From Candidatus Woesearchaeota archaeon (lineage in GTDB: Archaea > Nanobdellota > Nanobdellia > SCGC-AAA011-G17 > UBA489): a stretch of DNA of 64,000 nt. Below, in pieces: positions 9,484 to 19,339 of the stretch. The notes under the pieces were generated by a model. The model did not search any database, was not told the DNA's origin, and saw only the letters and a program-made list of their open reading frames with translations. The translations under genes and the position numbers were made by a program. Position 1 is the stretch's first letter. Each line of letters starts with the position of its first letter. The stretch lies in contig JAGVZA010000004.1 of NCBI GenBank assembly GCA_018302985.1, positions 38,757 to 102,756 on the forward strand, given 5' to 3'.

Positions 9484-9774
9484 TTATTCACTTGCCAATA
9501 TTGCTTCTAAAACTGGCTCTTCTACTGGAGGAATCTCCATGATTGAGGCGTTCTCAGTAACCAAAGCGCCTATTTCAGACTCTTGCCCCATAACTTTAAC
9601 TGAAAATCCTCTTTGTTGTAATCTGACTGCTAATCTCTGCATTTGTCTAACTAACTCTGGTTCGCTCCTTTTTTTCATTCTTTGGAGAAAAGTCCCTAGT
9701 GATTTGTATCTGCCAGTATATTCGGCTACTTTGGTGATTCCCGGTATGAATCTATAGAGGTGTCTCATTTGCAT
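9484..9774 (-). CDS. Hypothetical protein
   Basis: 96-aa ORF ending VLEAILASE. Confidence 0.6.
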   Translation of the reverse strand: MQMRHLYRFIPGITKVAEYTGRYKSLGTFLQRMKKRSEPELVRQMQRLAVRLQQRGFSVKVMGQESEIGALVTENASIMEIPPVEEPVLEAILASE

Positions 9775-9920
9775 TGCTTCCGTAGAACAGAGAAGGTTCT
9801 CTGAATTTACTTAGGTCTATTTAGAGAATAGAGTATATAAACTTTTCTTTTTATCTCTTTTAAGTGGTTACAAAAGAAATCTTTAAATAGTATTTTAGAA
9901 TGGACAAATGAACATACACC

Positions 9921-10460
9921 ATGAGCAGCATAGTAACTGAATATGAAGCACTATCTTTAATTGAAGGAGAAAATTCTTTACGAGAGATAGGGAATCAATC
10001 ACCTAGTTTATACTTAACTATTTTTCGAAGTCTTGAAAAAATTCGGCAAATTGATCCTGAAAAGGCAGAAGGAAGAAGAGATTATGTTTCAACAGACGAT
10101 CTCTCAAAAGCTAGACTCTCCATGCCTGCAGAAATTCATGCAGTAATCTATGGTTTACAAGGTTTTAAGTCATTTGAGGCTCGTAAACGCAGTATAAATA
10201 GTTTTACTGGCTCTTTGGTTGGACTTAGTCTTTCTCTTGGATTAGTAGCACAAAACTACATTGAAAATACTTCTACTTATGTTGCTGCTGGAGCGTTGGG
10301 AGTGATGGCACTAGCACTTCAACTTAGAGGTTTTTTCTATATTGGGAAATGGATTCATAATGAATACAGACGAAAACAAGATGAACGATTTACAAGACCT
10401 CTTGATCAAAGAGAATCAAAATTAGTGCAATATATCTTTATGAACGATCATTCTTCGTAA
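9921..10460 (+). CDS. Hypothetical protein with two TM helices
   Basis: 179-aa ORF with a hydrophobic hairpin; TATA-like TTTAAATA upstream. Confidence 0.7.
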   Translation: MSSIVTEYEALSLIEGENSLREIGNQSPSLYLTIFRSLEKIRQIDPEKAEGRRDYVSTDDLSKARLSMPAEIHAVIYGLQGFKSFEARKRSINSFTGSLVGLSLSLGLVAQNYIENTSTYVAAGALGVMALALQLRGFFYIGKWIHNEYRRKQDERFTRPLDQRESKLVQYIFMNDHSS

Positions 10461-10486
10461 GCATCTAGAACTTTACCTATTGTTAA

Positions 10487-11578
10487 TTATTTTTCCTTTT
10501 CTCTTAACATTATTCGCTGCGGATCTTTATTGACTTGGAATTCAGCAACCCTTTGCTTCTGCTGCAAGTCTACAATAGAAATAGTGTTAGATTGACTATT
10601 GCTGACATAAGCTGTTTTTGCATCTGCGGTAATGACTACATCACTAGGTGCGACACCGACGTCTATTGTTGCTAGGAGCATTTCCCGAGTTAAGCTTGTA
10701 AGAGATAGTGTATTGTCATCAGTATTTGTAATAGCACTTAACACATTGTTTGGCGAAAATGCAATTTGTGAAGCGCCAAGACCTACACGCATTTCCCTAT
10801 ATTCTTTAGGCTGCCTGATAGGAAGAATAGTAACTACACCAGTTGGGCTAGTCACATAGATATATCTTTCATGAGGACTCATCGCGAATTGTTCTGGCTG
10901 ATCACCAGCAAACCAAGTGTCTATGAATGCGTCAATGGCAGTGTTGATAATAGTAATATCATCTGAGCCTCGATTAAGCACATAAATTTTTCTTTCATCT
11001 TCACTTAAAATCATTGGACCGGGATCTGATCCTACTGCGATTTCCTTATTGATGAATCCTAATTTCTTATCTATTACAACTACTGTATTTTCTGAAGGAT
11101 TTGTTACATAAATATTCTTTTCTGTGACTACTATGCCTTCTGGACTATTGCCTGCCTTGAATGTTTGCATGACCTCTTCTTTTTTGAGATCTATGACTGT
11201 GATAGTATTGCTTATTTGATTAGTGATATACATACTATCTGTTGTTTTATCAAAGAACATTTCCTGAGGACTTTTTCCTACAGCAATTTCTTTTCTAGTT
11301 TCGTTTTTCTCTCCATCAATAATACCAAAGAGATTTTCTGTTCTATACAAGACATAGAGTATTTTTTGCTGTGTTCCTGTTTTTACTTCTGGAACAACTG
11401 TTTCATTTTCGGTGTTGTTTACCTTGATTGTCTCATTTGCTTCTGCAGGCAGCACATCTGGGTTTACTGTTGCTGGTTCTTGCAGTAATGTCCATGTGAT
11501 TAAGGCTACGGCTAATATACAAAGAATTACACCTATACTTCCTAATATTTTTGTTCTTCGAGTATCTCTTCTAACCAT
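10487..11578 (-). CDS. Membrane-anchored YVTN/YncE beta-propeller protein
   Basis: N-terminal TM; repeated YVTN/YITN...NTI.VID...VG..P blades. Confidence 0.9.
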   Translation of the reverse strand: MVRRDTRRTKILGSIGVILCILAVALITWTLLQEPATVNPDVLPAEANETIKVNNTENETVVPEVKTGTQQKILYVLYRTENLFGIIDGEKNETRKEIAVGKSPQEMFFDKTTDSMYITNQISNTITVIDLKKEEVMQTFKAGNSPEGIVVTEKNIYVTNPSENTVVVIDKKLGFINKEIAVGSDPGPMILSEDERKIYVLNRGSDDITIINTAIDAFIDTWFAGDQPEQFAMSPHERYIYVTSPTGVVTILPIRQPKEYREMRVGLGASQIAFSPNNVLSAITNTDDNTLSLTSLTREMLLATIDVGVAPSDVVITADAKTAYVSNSQSNTISIVDLQQKQRVAEFQVNKDPQRIMLREKEK

Positions 11579-11663
11579 TATATTGTAGACTAGAGATTGG
11601 TTTAAAAGGGTTTTGGCTCTTTTCTTTGCAATCTACTACTGTCTTAGGAATATAGTTTTCTCA

Positions 11664-11833
11664 CTAGGGTTATGATTCTTTAGAACTTATTTAGTATATG
11701 TCAAGGAAGGGGTAGATGGGAAAAGAGGTGTTAGGGAAAAGACATAGCAGAAACCCACCTACCCGTTCCGATGACTGTGAATGGAACAGAGTCTTGACTT
11801 TTCAATCTTAGTTGACTGTCTCAACCCCCCTAG
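11664..11833 (-). ncRNA. Candidate structured non-coding RNA
   Basis: GC-enriched intergenic stretch with a long hairpin (arms 11705-11720 and 11754-11769) and a minus-strand TATA at 11853-11860. Confidence 0.35.
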
Positions 11834-11983
11834 AGGTTCTAAGATACACTCGTATAAAAACTTATCGATGGTCTTTGAGAAATTCCTTTTTTAACCTTTA
11901 TTTTATCATTGGAAGCCATATTTTGGATTTCTCATGTTAGGGTTAGTGGTATCTTTATAAATTTCCTTGTTTCTTTCACTCTT

Positions 11984-12655
11984 ATGGGCAAACTTGAGAT
12001 GTATGTAGGCTGCATGTTTTCAGGCAAAACAGAAAAATTACGTGATAGAATTCATCGTGAACGTTTTCGTTTCAGCCATACAGAACAACATCCAACTGTT
12101 CAGCTTTTCAAGCCAGCTATAGACAATCGTTTTGGAACTGGAACTGAAATTGTTTCCCATAATGGTACTACAACTCCTTGTGTTCTTGTCTCTTCTGCAG
12201 CTGACATTGCACAGTATGTTGCATTACATTCTACTCTTCGAGTTGTAGGCATAGATGAAGTCCAATTCTTAGACGACACTATTATTGACTGGTGTGTGTA
12301 TACTTTTAGACATACTCCTCTTCACATTATTGCCAGCGGATTAAACACAGATTTTCGCGGAGAACTTTTTCGTTTTCGCAACTCAGAACGAAACATGGGT
12401 GAACTTATAGGTCATGCTCAAGCAGAACCGCTTACTGCTTTTTGTGCTTACCGCTTACCTAATACTAACCTTCTCTGTGGAAATGATGCTACCTGCACTC
12501 AACGTCTGAAAATCGATGGCACTCCTGTTCCTTATTTAGATCCTTTAGTGCATGTCGGTGGCAAAGATCCTTCAGGTGAACGACGTTATGAAGCACGCTG
12601 TGTGGAACATCACTTTGTTCCTGGCCGTAATGATCGTTCAGTAACTTTTAAATAG
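11984..12655 (+). CDS. tdk: Thymidine kinase
   Basis: GCMFSGKT P-loop, KPAIDNR, IDEVQF, GL.TDFRGE, YEARC; ATG 11984 lies about 23 nt after TTTATAAA. Confidence 0.95.
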   Translation: MGKLEMYVGCMFSGKTEKLRDRIHRERFRFSHTEQHPTVQLFKPAIDNRFGTGTEIVSHNGTTTPCVLVSSAADIAQYVALHSTLRVVGIDEVQFLDDTIIDWCVYTFRHTPLHIIASGLNTDFRGELFRFRNSERNMGELIGHAQAEPLTAFCAYRLPNTNLLCGNDATCTQRLKIDGTPVPYLDPLVHVGGKDPSGERRYEARCVEHHFVPGRNDRSVTFK

Positions 12656-12676
12656 TTGTTGCTGTTTTTTTCTGTT

Positions 12677-13549
12677 ATGCATTTAACATTGTTAGGGAAA
12701 TTTGATCAGTTTTATTTTTTACGCACCTTGAAACGCATCCAACATGTTTTACCTGTGCCTAGAGATGTCCAACTCTATATTTTAGATGACAAATCAAATT
12801 GCAAGACGATTATTCAACGCTTACCGCCCTCAGAAAAAGCTGCTTTCAAGAATATTTGCAGAGTTGACAAAGTCTCATTTTCTTATCAGCACAATAAACA
12901 AAGATTGATTGTTCTTACACTTACTGGAACTAACAAGTATCTCTTAAAAGACCAACAAGCCTTAATAGGATTATTAATTCATGAGATTATCCATTTAGAA
13001 CAGATGCGCAAAGGAAATTATAAACTGTTACAACAATCTTATCGCAAAGTTTTTTCTTTGTATACTCAACTCTTAACTAATTTACGCCAGAAACCTTTAT
13101 TGCCTGTGCTTGATGCTATTGGACAAAATGCTCTCTTATTGTTAAAAGATCTGTATACTAATGGTGCAGTCATTAAGCGCGGTTTTAGTCATGAGCTGTT
13201 ACACTACTACGAATGTGAATTCTCTTTGAAGAAGACTTGCCCACGACCAGTTTTTTATGACAAGCTCAAAAAGGAAGTACAGAAAGATCCTCAAGTGCTA
13301 GTGATTGTTTTTGCTTTTGAATTTGCACTTTTATCCATGATTTTACCTTTCAAAAAATATAAAGAACGACATGCCAAAGAATTATTGAAATATCTTGCTA
13401 CCTGCTATAACCTCAATATGCGAGAAACTTTACGCAAATGTGGCCCGTTTATAGATTATTATCTAGCGCATTATAAAAAACCAAACCGAGATTTCCAAGA
13501 GAAATATTTCCATTTAATTTTTACAAAAGTTATTGAATTATTAACATAG
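12677..13549 (+). CDS. Hypothetical protein with HExxH motif (putative zinc metallopeptidase)
   Basis: LLIHEIIHLEQ. Confidence 0.6.
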   Translation: MHLTLLGKFDQFYFLRTLKRIQHVLPVPRDVQLYILDDKSNCKTIIQRLPPSEKAAFKNICRVDKVSFSYQHNKQRLIVLTLTGTNKYLLKDQQALIGLLIHEIIHLEQMRKGNYKLLQQSYRKVFSLYTQLLTNLRQKPLLPVLDAIGQNALLLLKDLYTNGAVIKRGFSHELLHYYECEFSLKKTCPRPVFYDKLKKEVQKDPQVLVIVFAFEFALLSMILPFKKYKERHAKELLKYLATCYNLNMRETLRKCGPFIDYYLAHYKKPNRDFQEKYFHLIFTKVIELLT

Positions 13550-13606
13550 CAGTCTTTATATATCAGCATCGTTATCTTTTTTCTAAGCAATTTGGAGGTG
13601 TTTATT

Positions 13607-13972
13607 TTGACAACAACTACAGAAACTACACTTAGACGACCATTGATCTATCAAAGACAGGAAGTTGGTTATGTTCAAGATGGAAAAATTGTACCTGTTA
13701 TTTCAGAAGTTGAATTAACTGATCTTATTCATGATTTAGAGCCGCATGAAATTACTCATTTACCTCAATATGCTCCTGTGTTAGCTATTCTTGCAAGACA
13801 CTATCGTCTCAAACTTAAAGATTATACGAGTCTTCCAGATTGTGGAATTACTGCTTTAGAAGAAGGGTGTCGTAGTCTCAAAGAAGTGAAGGCAAGGGAC
13901 ACAGATTTAGCACACCTTATACTCAAAATGCATATTGCAAGATCTTTCGATAGAGGAATGAGGCCTGTATAA
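13607..13972 (+). CDS. Hypothetical protein
   Basis: GGAGGTG RBS followed by TTG 13607. Confidence 0.6.
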   Translation: MTTTTETTLRRPLIYQRQEVGYVQDGKIVPVISEVELTDLIHDLEPHEITHLPQYAPVLAILARHYRLKLKDYTSLPDCGITALEEGCRSLKEVKARDTDLAHLILKMHIARSFDRGMRPV

Positions 13973-14032
13973 TTTTTTTCACTGTTGCATTACAGCACAG
14001 CCATTATAAACTACTTTCTTCTTCTTTTTTCT

Positions 14033-15190
14033 ATGGTTCATATCTCTGAACGAGAAGTAGAATTACCTGATGCAGTCATTGGTAAACTCTTAAAAGTTGC
14101 TGCAGAGGACAAAAGTGTTATATCACTTGGTCCTGGCGAGCCTGATTTTCCTGCTCCACCGCCTATTGTTGAATATACCAAACAATTTGCAGACAAATGC
14201 AATCATTATAGTCCTCCTGGCGGCAGAAAAGAATTAAAAGAAGCTCTTATCAAAAAATTAAAAAAAGAAAATGGTATTACTGCTCATCCAGACAATATTA
14301 TTGTTACTTGCGGCAGTCAAGAAGCACTTTTATTAGCAACAGCTTGCACTTGTGATGTTTCTGAACAAATTATTATTCCTAATCCTAGTTACTTGGGCTA
14401 TTTACCTTTGTTTCAACTCTTCAATGCTTTTCCAGTACCTTTGCAATTGCATGAAAAAGATGATTGGAATATTAATCCTGATGATTTGAAACACTTGATT
14501 GATCCTAAAAAAACTAAAGCCATTATGATTAATACGCCTGCTAATCCTACTGGGAATGTTCTTAGCAGAAAATTGTTGGAAGAAATTGCTGATCTTGCTG
14601 TGCAACATAATTTGTATGTCTTTAGCGATGAAGCATATGAAAAATTAGTCTACAATAAGCCTCATGTGAGCATGGCAAGCTTAAATGGGATGGAAAAATA
14701 TACTGTCACCTTTCAAACTTTCAGCAAGAGTTATGCTATGTGTGGTTATAGAGTTGGATATGCAGTTGGACCTAAATTATTAATTGAAGCCATGACTAAA
14801 ACTCATATTTATACTACTACAGCTGCGCCTACCATTAGTCAGATGGTTGCTGCAAAAGCGCTAAGCATGGATCCCAAGTATACAGAAGCTATGAGAAAAG
14901 AATATGATCAACGAAGAAAATACATTGTCAAACGATTGAATCAAATGGGACTACCAACTACAACTCCTAATGGTGCATTTTATACCTTCTCTAATATCAA
15001 GGACGTTATGGATGATAGCTTTAGGTTCGCATTCCAGCTTCTCAAAGAGGCGAAGGTCGCTGTTGTGCCTGGCAAGGAATTTGGCACCTATGGTGAAGGC
15101 TATATTCGTTGTAGTTATGCTACTGCTTTACCAAAAATTGAAACAGCTATGGATAGAATGGAAAAGTTTGTCAAGAAATATAAAAAGTAA
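14033..15190 (+). CDS. aspC: PLP-dependent class I/II aminotransferase (aspartate aminotransferase-like)
   Basis: GEPDF, NPTG, DEAY, SKSYAMCGYRVG. Confidence 0.92.
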   Translation: MVHISEREVELPDAVIGKLLKVAAEDKSVISLGPGEPDFPAPPPIVEYTKQFADKCNHYSPPGGRKELKEALIKKLKKENGITAHPDNIIVTCGSQEALLLATACTCDVSEQIIIPNPSYLGYLPLFQLFNAFPVPLQLHEKDDWNINPDDLKHLIDPKKTKAIMINTPANPTGNVLSRKLLEEIADLAVQHNLYVFSDEAYEKLVYNKPHVSMASLNGMEKYTVTFQTFSKSYAMCGYRVGYAVGPKLLIEAMTKTHIYTTTAAPTISQMVAAKALSMDPKYTEAMRKEYDQRRKYIVKRLNQMGLPTTTPNGAFYTFSNIKDVMDDSFRFAFQLLKEAKVAVVPGKEFGTYGEGYIRCSYATALPKIETAMDRMEKFVKKYKK

Positions 15191-16390
15191 TTATTTTTTC
15201 TTTGGATCTATTTTCCAATAAAAGTATATTGCAGGAACTAAAAATAAACCTCCGAATACAATGGTGCTTTGTGTCCCAAATGTATCTGCAACGAAACCAG
15301 CAATAGGATAACTTATAGCATAAGCTAAAGAGATTATCATGCTCTTAAAAGAAAGAATTGTTGCTCTTGTCTTACTGGGGATAAACTTTTGAGTAAAAGC
15401 ATCTCCGACGGGAAGAGATAAGTCGATGAGAAATAAGATAGCGAGCATAAATAGAATACCAGCAAGAGAACTCTTAACAAACAACACTCCGAAGTTAAGC
15501 AACATTCCTACCACTAATAATATTATCAAATAATTTTTCTCATGTTTACATATTTTTAGAAGAGGTTTTGCAATTAATGGTGCTATACTACCTAAGATCA
15601 TAGATGCAGAAAATAAAAATCCAAAGGTGTATTGAGGAATTCCTAAGCCTTGCAGTAATGGTTGCCACACCAAATGCCCACCGAATGAGTCTCTGAACAT
15701 AATGAAAAATGTGGCTAATAAAATAAAAACTAATGCAGCATGCTTAACTGAGTAACGGATTGCTTCTTTTGACTGTCGATATAATTGTTTGAAAGAGATC
15801 TTCTTTTCTTTTGTTAGTTTATGCTCCTCCATAGGCAATAGAATTACCAATGAAATTATCCAAGAGAGGCTAGCAAATATCCAAATTGCATTTAGACCTA
15901 ACTTAACAACTACAAAAGACCCCAATAATCCTGAAAAAAACAATGCAATACTTTGTATTGAATATTCTTTAAGATAATAACTCTTGATCAGATCATCTCT
16001 TTTATAATACTTTAAGTTGTCTATAGTCCAAGCTTCTCTTGCTCCTGAATAGAACGTTCCAGCTATTCCCCATGCAATAAACAATATTAATAACAGATAG
16101 AAATTATGAATTACTATAAAAAATGGAAATATTATCCCCATCATCAGATAAGAAAAAAGTGTTGATACTTTTCTTCCAAATAGATCTGCAAAAGCACCTG
16201 TAGGTACTTCAAAAATAAATGTTGCTATGGCAAGTGCAGAAAATAATATCCCTATCTGTGCTAAGCTTATCGTTTCATTAAAGAAAATAACCCAAAAGGC
16301 AGGAGCAAAATATACTAAATGAGAGATAAATCTTTCTATATAGAACAATCCTAAAATCTTAAATTCATCTTTAGCAAATATTTTTTTCAT
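15191..16390 (-). CDS. MFS transporter
   Basis: About 12 TM; EVPTGAFADLFGRK motif A. Confidence 0.92.
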   Translation of the reverse strand: MKKIFAKDEFKILGLFYIERFISHLVYFAPAFWVIFFNETISLAQIGILFSALAIATFIFEVPTGAFADLFGRKVSTLFSYLMMGIIFPFFIVIHNFYLLLILFIAWGIAGTFYSGAREAWTIDNLKYYKRDDLIKSYYLKEYSIQSIALFFSGLLGSFVVVKLGLNAIWIFASLSWIISLVILLPMEEHKLTKEKKISFKQLYRQSKEAIRYSVKHAALVFILLATFFIMFRDSFGGHLVWQPLLQGLGIPQYTFGFLFSASMILGSIAPLIAKPLLKICKHEKNYLIILLVVGMLLNFGVLFVKSSLAGILFMLAILFLIDLSLPVGDAFTQKFIPSKTRATILSFKSMIISLAYAISYPIAGFVADTFGTQSTIVFGGLFLVPAIYFYWKIDPKKK

Positions 16391-16397
16391 TGTCTTC

Positions 16398-17138
16398 TTA
16401 CTTTTTAGCCTGCTTCCAAAAGTTTTCGAAAATTAACTTTTGTGTTTCACTTGTTTCTTTGTTTTTAATTAAAATAGCCAGTAATTCTCTCTCTAAAGGT
16501 ATGATTCCTACTTTGTCCCCAGCAACTAAAGTTACTGAAGGGAATTTTCTCATCTCTTCTAGAAATTTCATAGAGGTTACTTTTTTTATTTGAGGATCAT
16601 TCAATCGAAATTCAGCTTCTTCTGAGTGCTCAAAGATAACACGCATATAGATCTTTTCTCTGGCACGTTTGAGAGCGAATGCCTTGGGAATATGTCTGAG
16701 CACTTGAGCAACTTTTTCAGCACTTCCATATAAGAGAATTTCTTTTTCCTTATAGAGTTCTTCCAACATGGTAAGTATTCCTTTAAATCCCTCGAATAGT
16801 CCTATTTCTGGTTTTTTGGTTATGCTTAATTTTATTTTTTCCAGCGAGGGGATGATCTCTGCCAATCTCCTTCCCTTTTCCTTGAGCAAGACTAACAGTT
16901 CTTTTGGTTCTGTAGCTTGAAAATGAGACTTCTTTCCACTTTTGAATGAACTGATGAGTCCTTTTTCCTTTAGAGATTCAAGAATATCATAAGTAGTTCC
17001 TCTTCTGAGGTCTGCTAATTCACTGATTCTGTTTGCTGTGCAAGCTCCGGCTTTAAGGCATGCTATATAGACTTTGATCTCTTTCTCTGATAGTCCATAA
17101 TCTCTAAGCTCGTCTTCCATGTTTTTTTGTAGTTGCAT
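16398..17138 (-). CDS. TrmB-family transcriptional regulator
   Basis: YGLSEKEIKVYIACL winged HTH; paralogue of 958 and 22316. Confidence 0.9.
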   Translation of the reverse strand: MQLQKNMEDELRDYGLSEKEIKVYIACLKAGACTANRISELADLRRGTTYDILESLKEKGLISSFKSGKKSHFQATEPKELLVLLKEKGRRLAEIIPSLEKIKLSITKKPEIGLFEGFKGILTMLEELYKEKEILLYGSAEKVAQVLRHIPKAFALKRAREKIYMRVIFEHSEEAEFRLNDPQIKKVTSMKFLEEMRKFPSVTLVAGDKVGIIPLERELLAILIKNKETSETQKLIFENFWKQAKK

Positions 17139-17160
17139 GGTTATTTAAATATTGTTATTT

Positions 17161-17176
17161 GTCGAAGAAAATCGAC
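17161..17176. promoter_or_regulatory. Inverted repeat GTCGA-N6-TCGAC, candidate operator
   Basis: Palindrome in the gap between the divergent TrmB and AlaE-like genes. Confidence 0.4.
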
Positions 17177-17219
17177 GGCACTATTCTATATACTCTAGCA
17201 ACTATGTCTTTGTAGAGAA

Positions 17220-17780
17220 GTGATGACCATGACTATTGATGACACCAAACCAACTTATTCCTTGAAAGACAGATGGAACAATCATTGCAAGGCAAATGCT
17301 GATCGATGGTTCTATAAATATTCTGTAGATGTTTCCAGCGGATGGATCTATTATACTACTATGTACGGTCTTCAAGAACTTCTTGCACAAACAGATCATG
17401 ACACTCTTGTCGAAACTAGAAAATTAGGTGTTTTAGTTCATGCTGCAGTTATGCCTCTTGTTGGCTGGCTTCGTAATACCATTGCAGAAAAAAGACACGT
17501 AACCAAAGAAAGTCCTCTTGTAGATAGAATGAAAGTTAATGCACTCGCAATTTTACCTCTTCAAGCAGTTGTTTATGCAGGCATGCTTATGGGGGGAATG
17601 TATAGGACTGGCAATTGGGATTTGAAATCAGCAGCTGCTGCTTGGGGAATAGGCATGCTTACTGCTGTCCCTCATTCACTCATTTATGGTCCCCTTCAAG
17701 ACTGTTATAGAAAATTCTTTGGCGTACAACCCGCGATAAAGAAAACACAAGGAACTTCTCTTGAAACTTATGTTGGTTAG
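17220..17780 (+). CDS. L-alanine exporter AlaE-like membrane protein
   Basis: G.LR, Q.VVY..ML and C-terminal IYGPLQDCYRKFF resemble AlaE/YgaW. Confidence 0.6.
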   Translation: MMTMTIDDTKPTYSLKDRWNNHCKANADRWFYKYSVDVSSGWIYYTTMYGLQELLAQTDHDTLVETRKLGVLVHAAVMPLVGWLRNTIAEKRHVTKESPLVDRMKVNALAILPLQAVVYAGMLMGGMYRTGNWDLKSAAAAWGIGMLTAVPHSLIYGPLQDCYRKFFGVQPAIKKTQGTSLETYVG

Positions 17781-17817
17781 AAATAATAAGAAATAAAATA
17801 AAAAAGAAAAAATTGGA

Positions 17818-18180
17818 TTAAGCTTTGAAGCCAACCCAAGTAGTGACTACACCAATTACTAAGTGTAACCAGTTGTCTTCAGTGTTTAATGCCAATAGGC
17901 TAACGATACTGCCTACACCGATAAAGCCTAAGATTGCTACTAATAAATATACAATACCAAAGACTTTATTGAATGTTCCTGCATAAGCACCTGCTGCTGT
18001 TAAGCCTGCAAGTAAACCTAAAATACCGGATATTAGATGTACCCAAGTATGTGTGCCGTTTACTGAGAACAGTCCTAATAAGTCACTTTCACCCATGAAT
18101 AAGCCTAAAAGACCTACTACGAGCAAGATAACTCCTAACCATGTTGCAAATTGTTTTTGTGAAATTGTCTTCACCCCCAA
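17818..18180 (-). CDS. DUF4383-family membrane protein
   Basis: VN..H.WVHL.SG and DNWLHL motifs; probable true start ATT 18165. Confidence 0.85.
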   Translation of the reverse strand: MGVKTISQKQFATWLGVILLVVGLLGLFMGESDLLGLFSVNGTHTWVHLISGILGLLAGLTAAGAYAGTFNKVFGIVYLLVAILGFIGVGSIVSLLALNTEDNWLHLVIGVVTTWVGFKA

Positions 18181-18338
18181 ATTTCTTAGAAAATGAGATC
18201 TTTTTTATCTATATAAAGTTGAGTTACCACTGGTTGAATAAGACGAATGGACTTTTTACCCTCTACATTGTAAATATTCTTTGTAAAGGGTATAACATTT
18301 CCAAAATCCATAAATACTTCTTCTGATTTCTTATTTGT

Positions 18339-18548
18339 ATGCACGATCCGAAGATGTGTCCTGTTTGCAGTTCTAAGAACATTGCACTTCAATCAAAAAA
18401 TGGATTTACCTATGTCTGCTGCAAAGATTGTGAGTATGATGAGGGAGAAGATTACGATGCTGCTTATCCTGGTGAAAGATTAACACAGAAAGGCAAAACA
18501 AAACATACTCCTTACAAACGTGGTGGCAGCCAGAGAACTAGAAAGTAA
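18339..18548 (+). CDS. Small zinc-ribbon protein
   Basis: CPVC...CKDC and a basic tail. Confidence 0.75.
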   Translation: MHDPKMCPVCSSKNIALQSKNGFTYVCCKDCEYDEGEDYDAAYPGERLTQKGKTKHTPYKRGGSQRTRK

Positions 18549-18603
18549 TTTTTTCGTCTCCCAAAAGCGATAACTTCTTATTGTCTAAAAACACCCTATT
18601 TCC

Positions 18604-19257
18604 ATGAGATTTCGCCATTTAAGTGAAGGTAGCTTGGATCAAACAGTTACTGCAGTAGAAAAATCTGATGAGAAAACTGTAGCGAAAGTACAACTTTTAC
18701 ACTCCAAAGAATGGAAAGAACATGTTGCTGAACATCATGATGCTGGATCACAAGCACAACTAGTTACTGTCAATACTGCTGAAGAAGAAAGTGACCTCTT
18801 AAAAAAAACTGCAGAGAAAAAAGAAGAACCTAAACCAGAGGAAAAGTTAGTACCTCAACATTCTGTTGATCATGGACAAGACTTAGGTAATTCTAAGGGA
18901 GGAAGTTATCTAGCAAAAGGAAGTGGCTCTCAAAAATCTGGACCTGGCAGTTATTTTGGTGCAGATTCAGCACGAGGCAAAGCCATGGTTAGTGGCCAAT
19001 GCAGCTGTGGCATGGAAGTCAGCACAGGATGGGAACCAGAACAGACTTTAGGACAACCGAATGCATTACAAACTGCCTACAATAAAGGATCAGAAACTGA
19101 TGCTGATAAACGAGAGGAAAATTCTCTATATAGTACTGGTATGACATCACCAAATTCATTAGCACAAGAACAACGACCTCTGTATAATTCTACACAGCCA
19201 ACAGGCGCTACTAGCGGCTTTGGGGATCAAAAACGTCGCAGAACTAGCTCTTTATAA
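18604..19257 (+). CDS. Hypothetical, largely disordered protein
   Basis: 217-aa S/G/Q/E-rich ORF with a CSCG motif. Confidence 0.65.
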   Translation: MRFRHLSEGSLDQTVTAVEKSDEKTVAKVQLLHSKEWKEHVAEHHDAGSQAQLVTVNTAEEESDLLKKTAEKKEEPKPEEKLVPQHSVDHGQDLGNSKGGSYLAKGSGSQKSGPGSYFGADSARGKAMVSGQCSCGMEVSTGWEPEQTLGQPNALQTAYNKGSETDADKREENSLYSTGMTSPNSLAQEQRPLYNSTQPTGATSGFGDQKRRRTSSL

Positions 19258-19339
19258 AGACCTTCTTATTATTTACTTCATAGTAGTAACGCATAGCAAA
19301 GCTTAAAAAGAGATGCAACTTTACTTTTTAGGGGCACTT

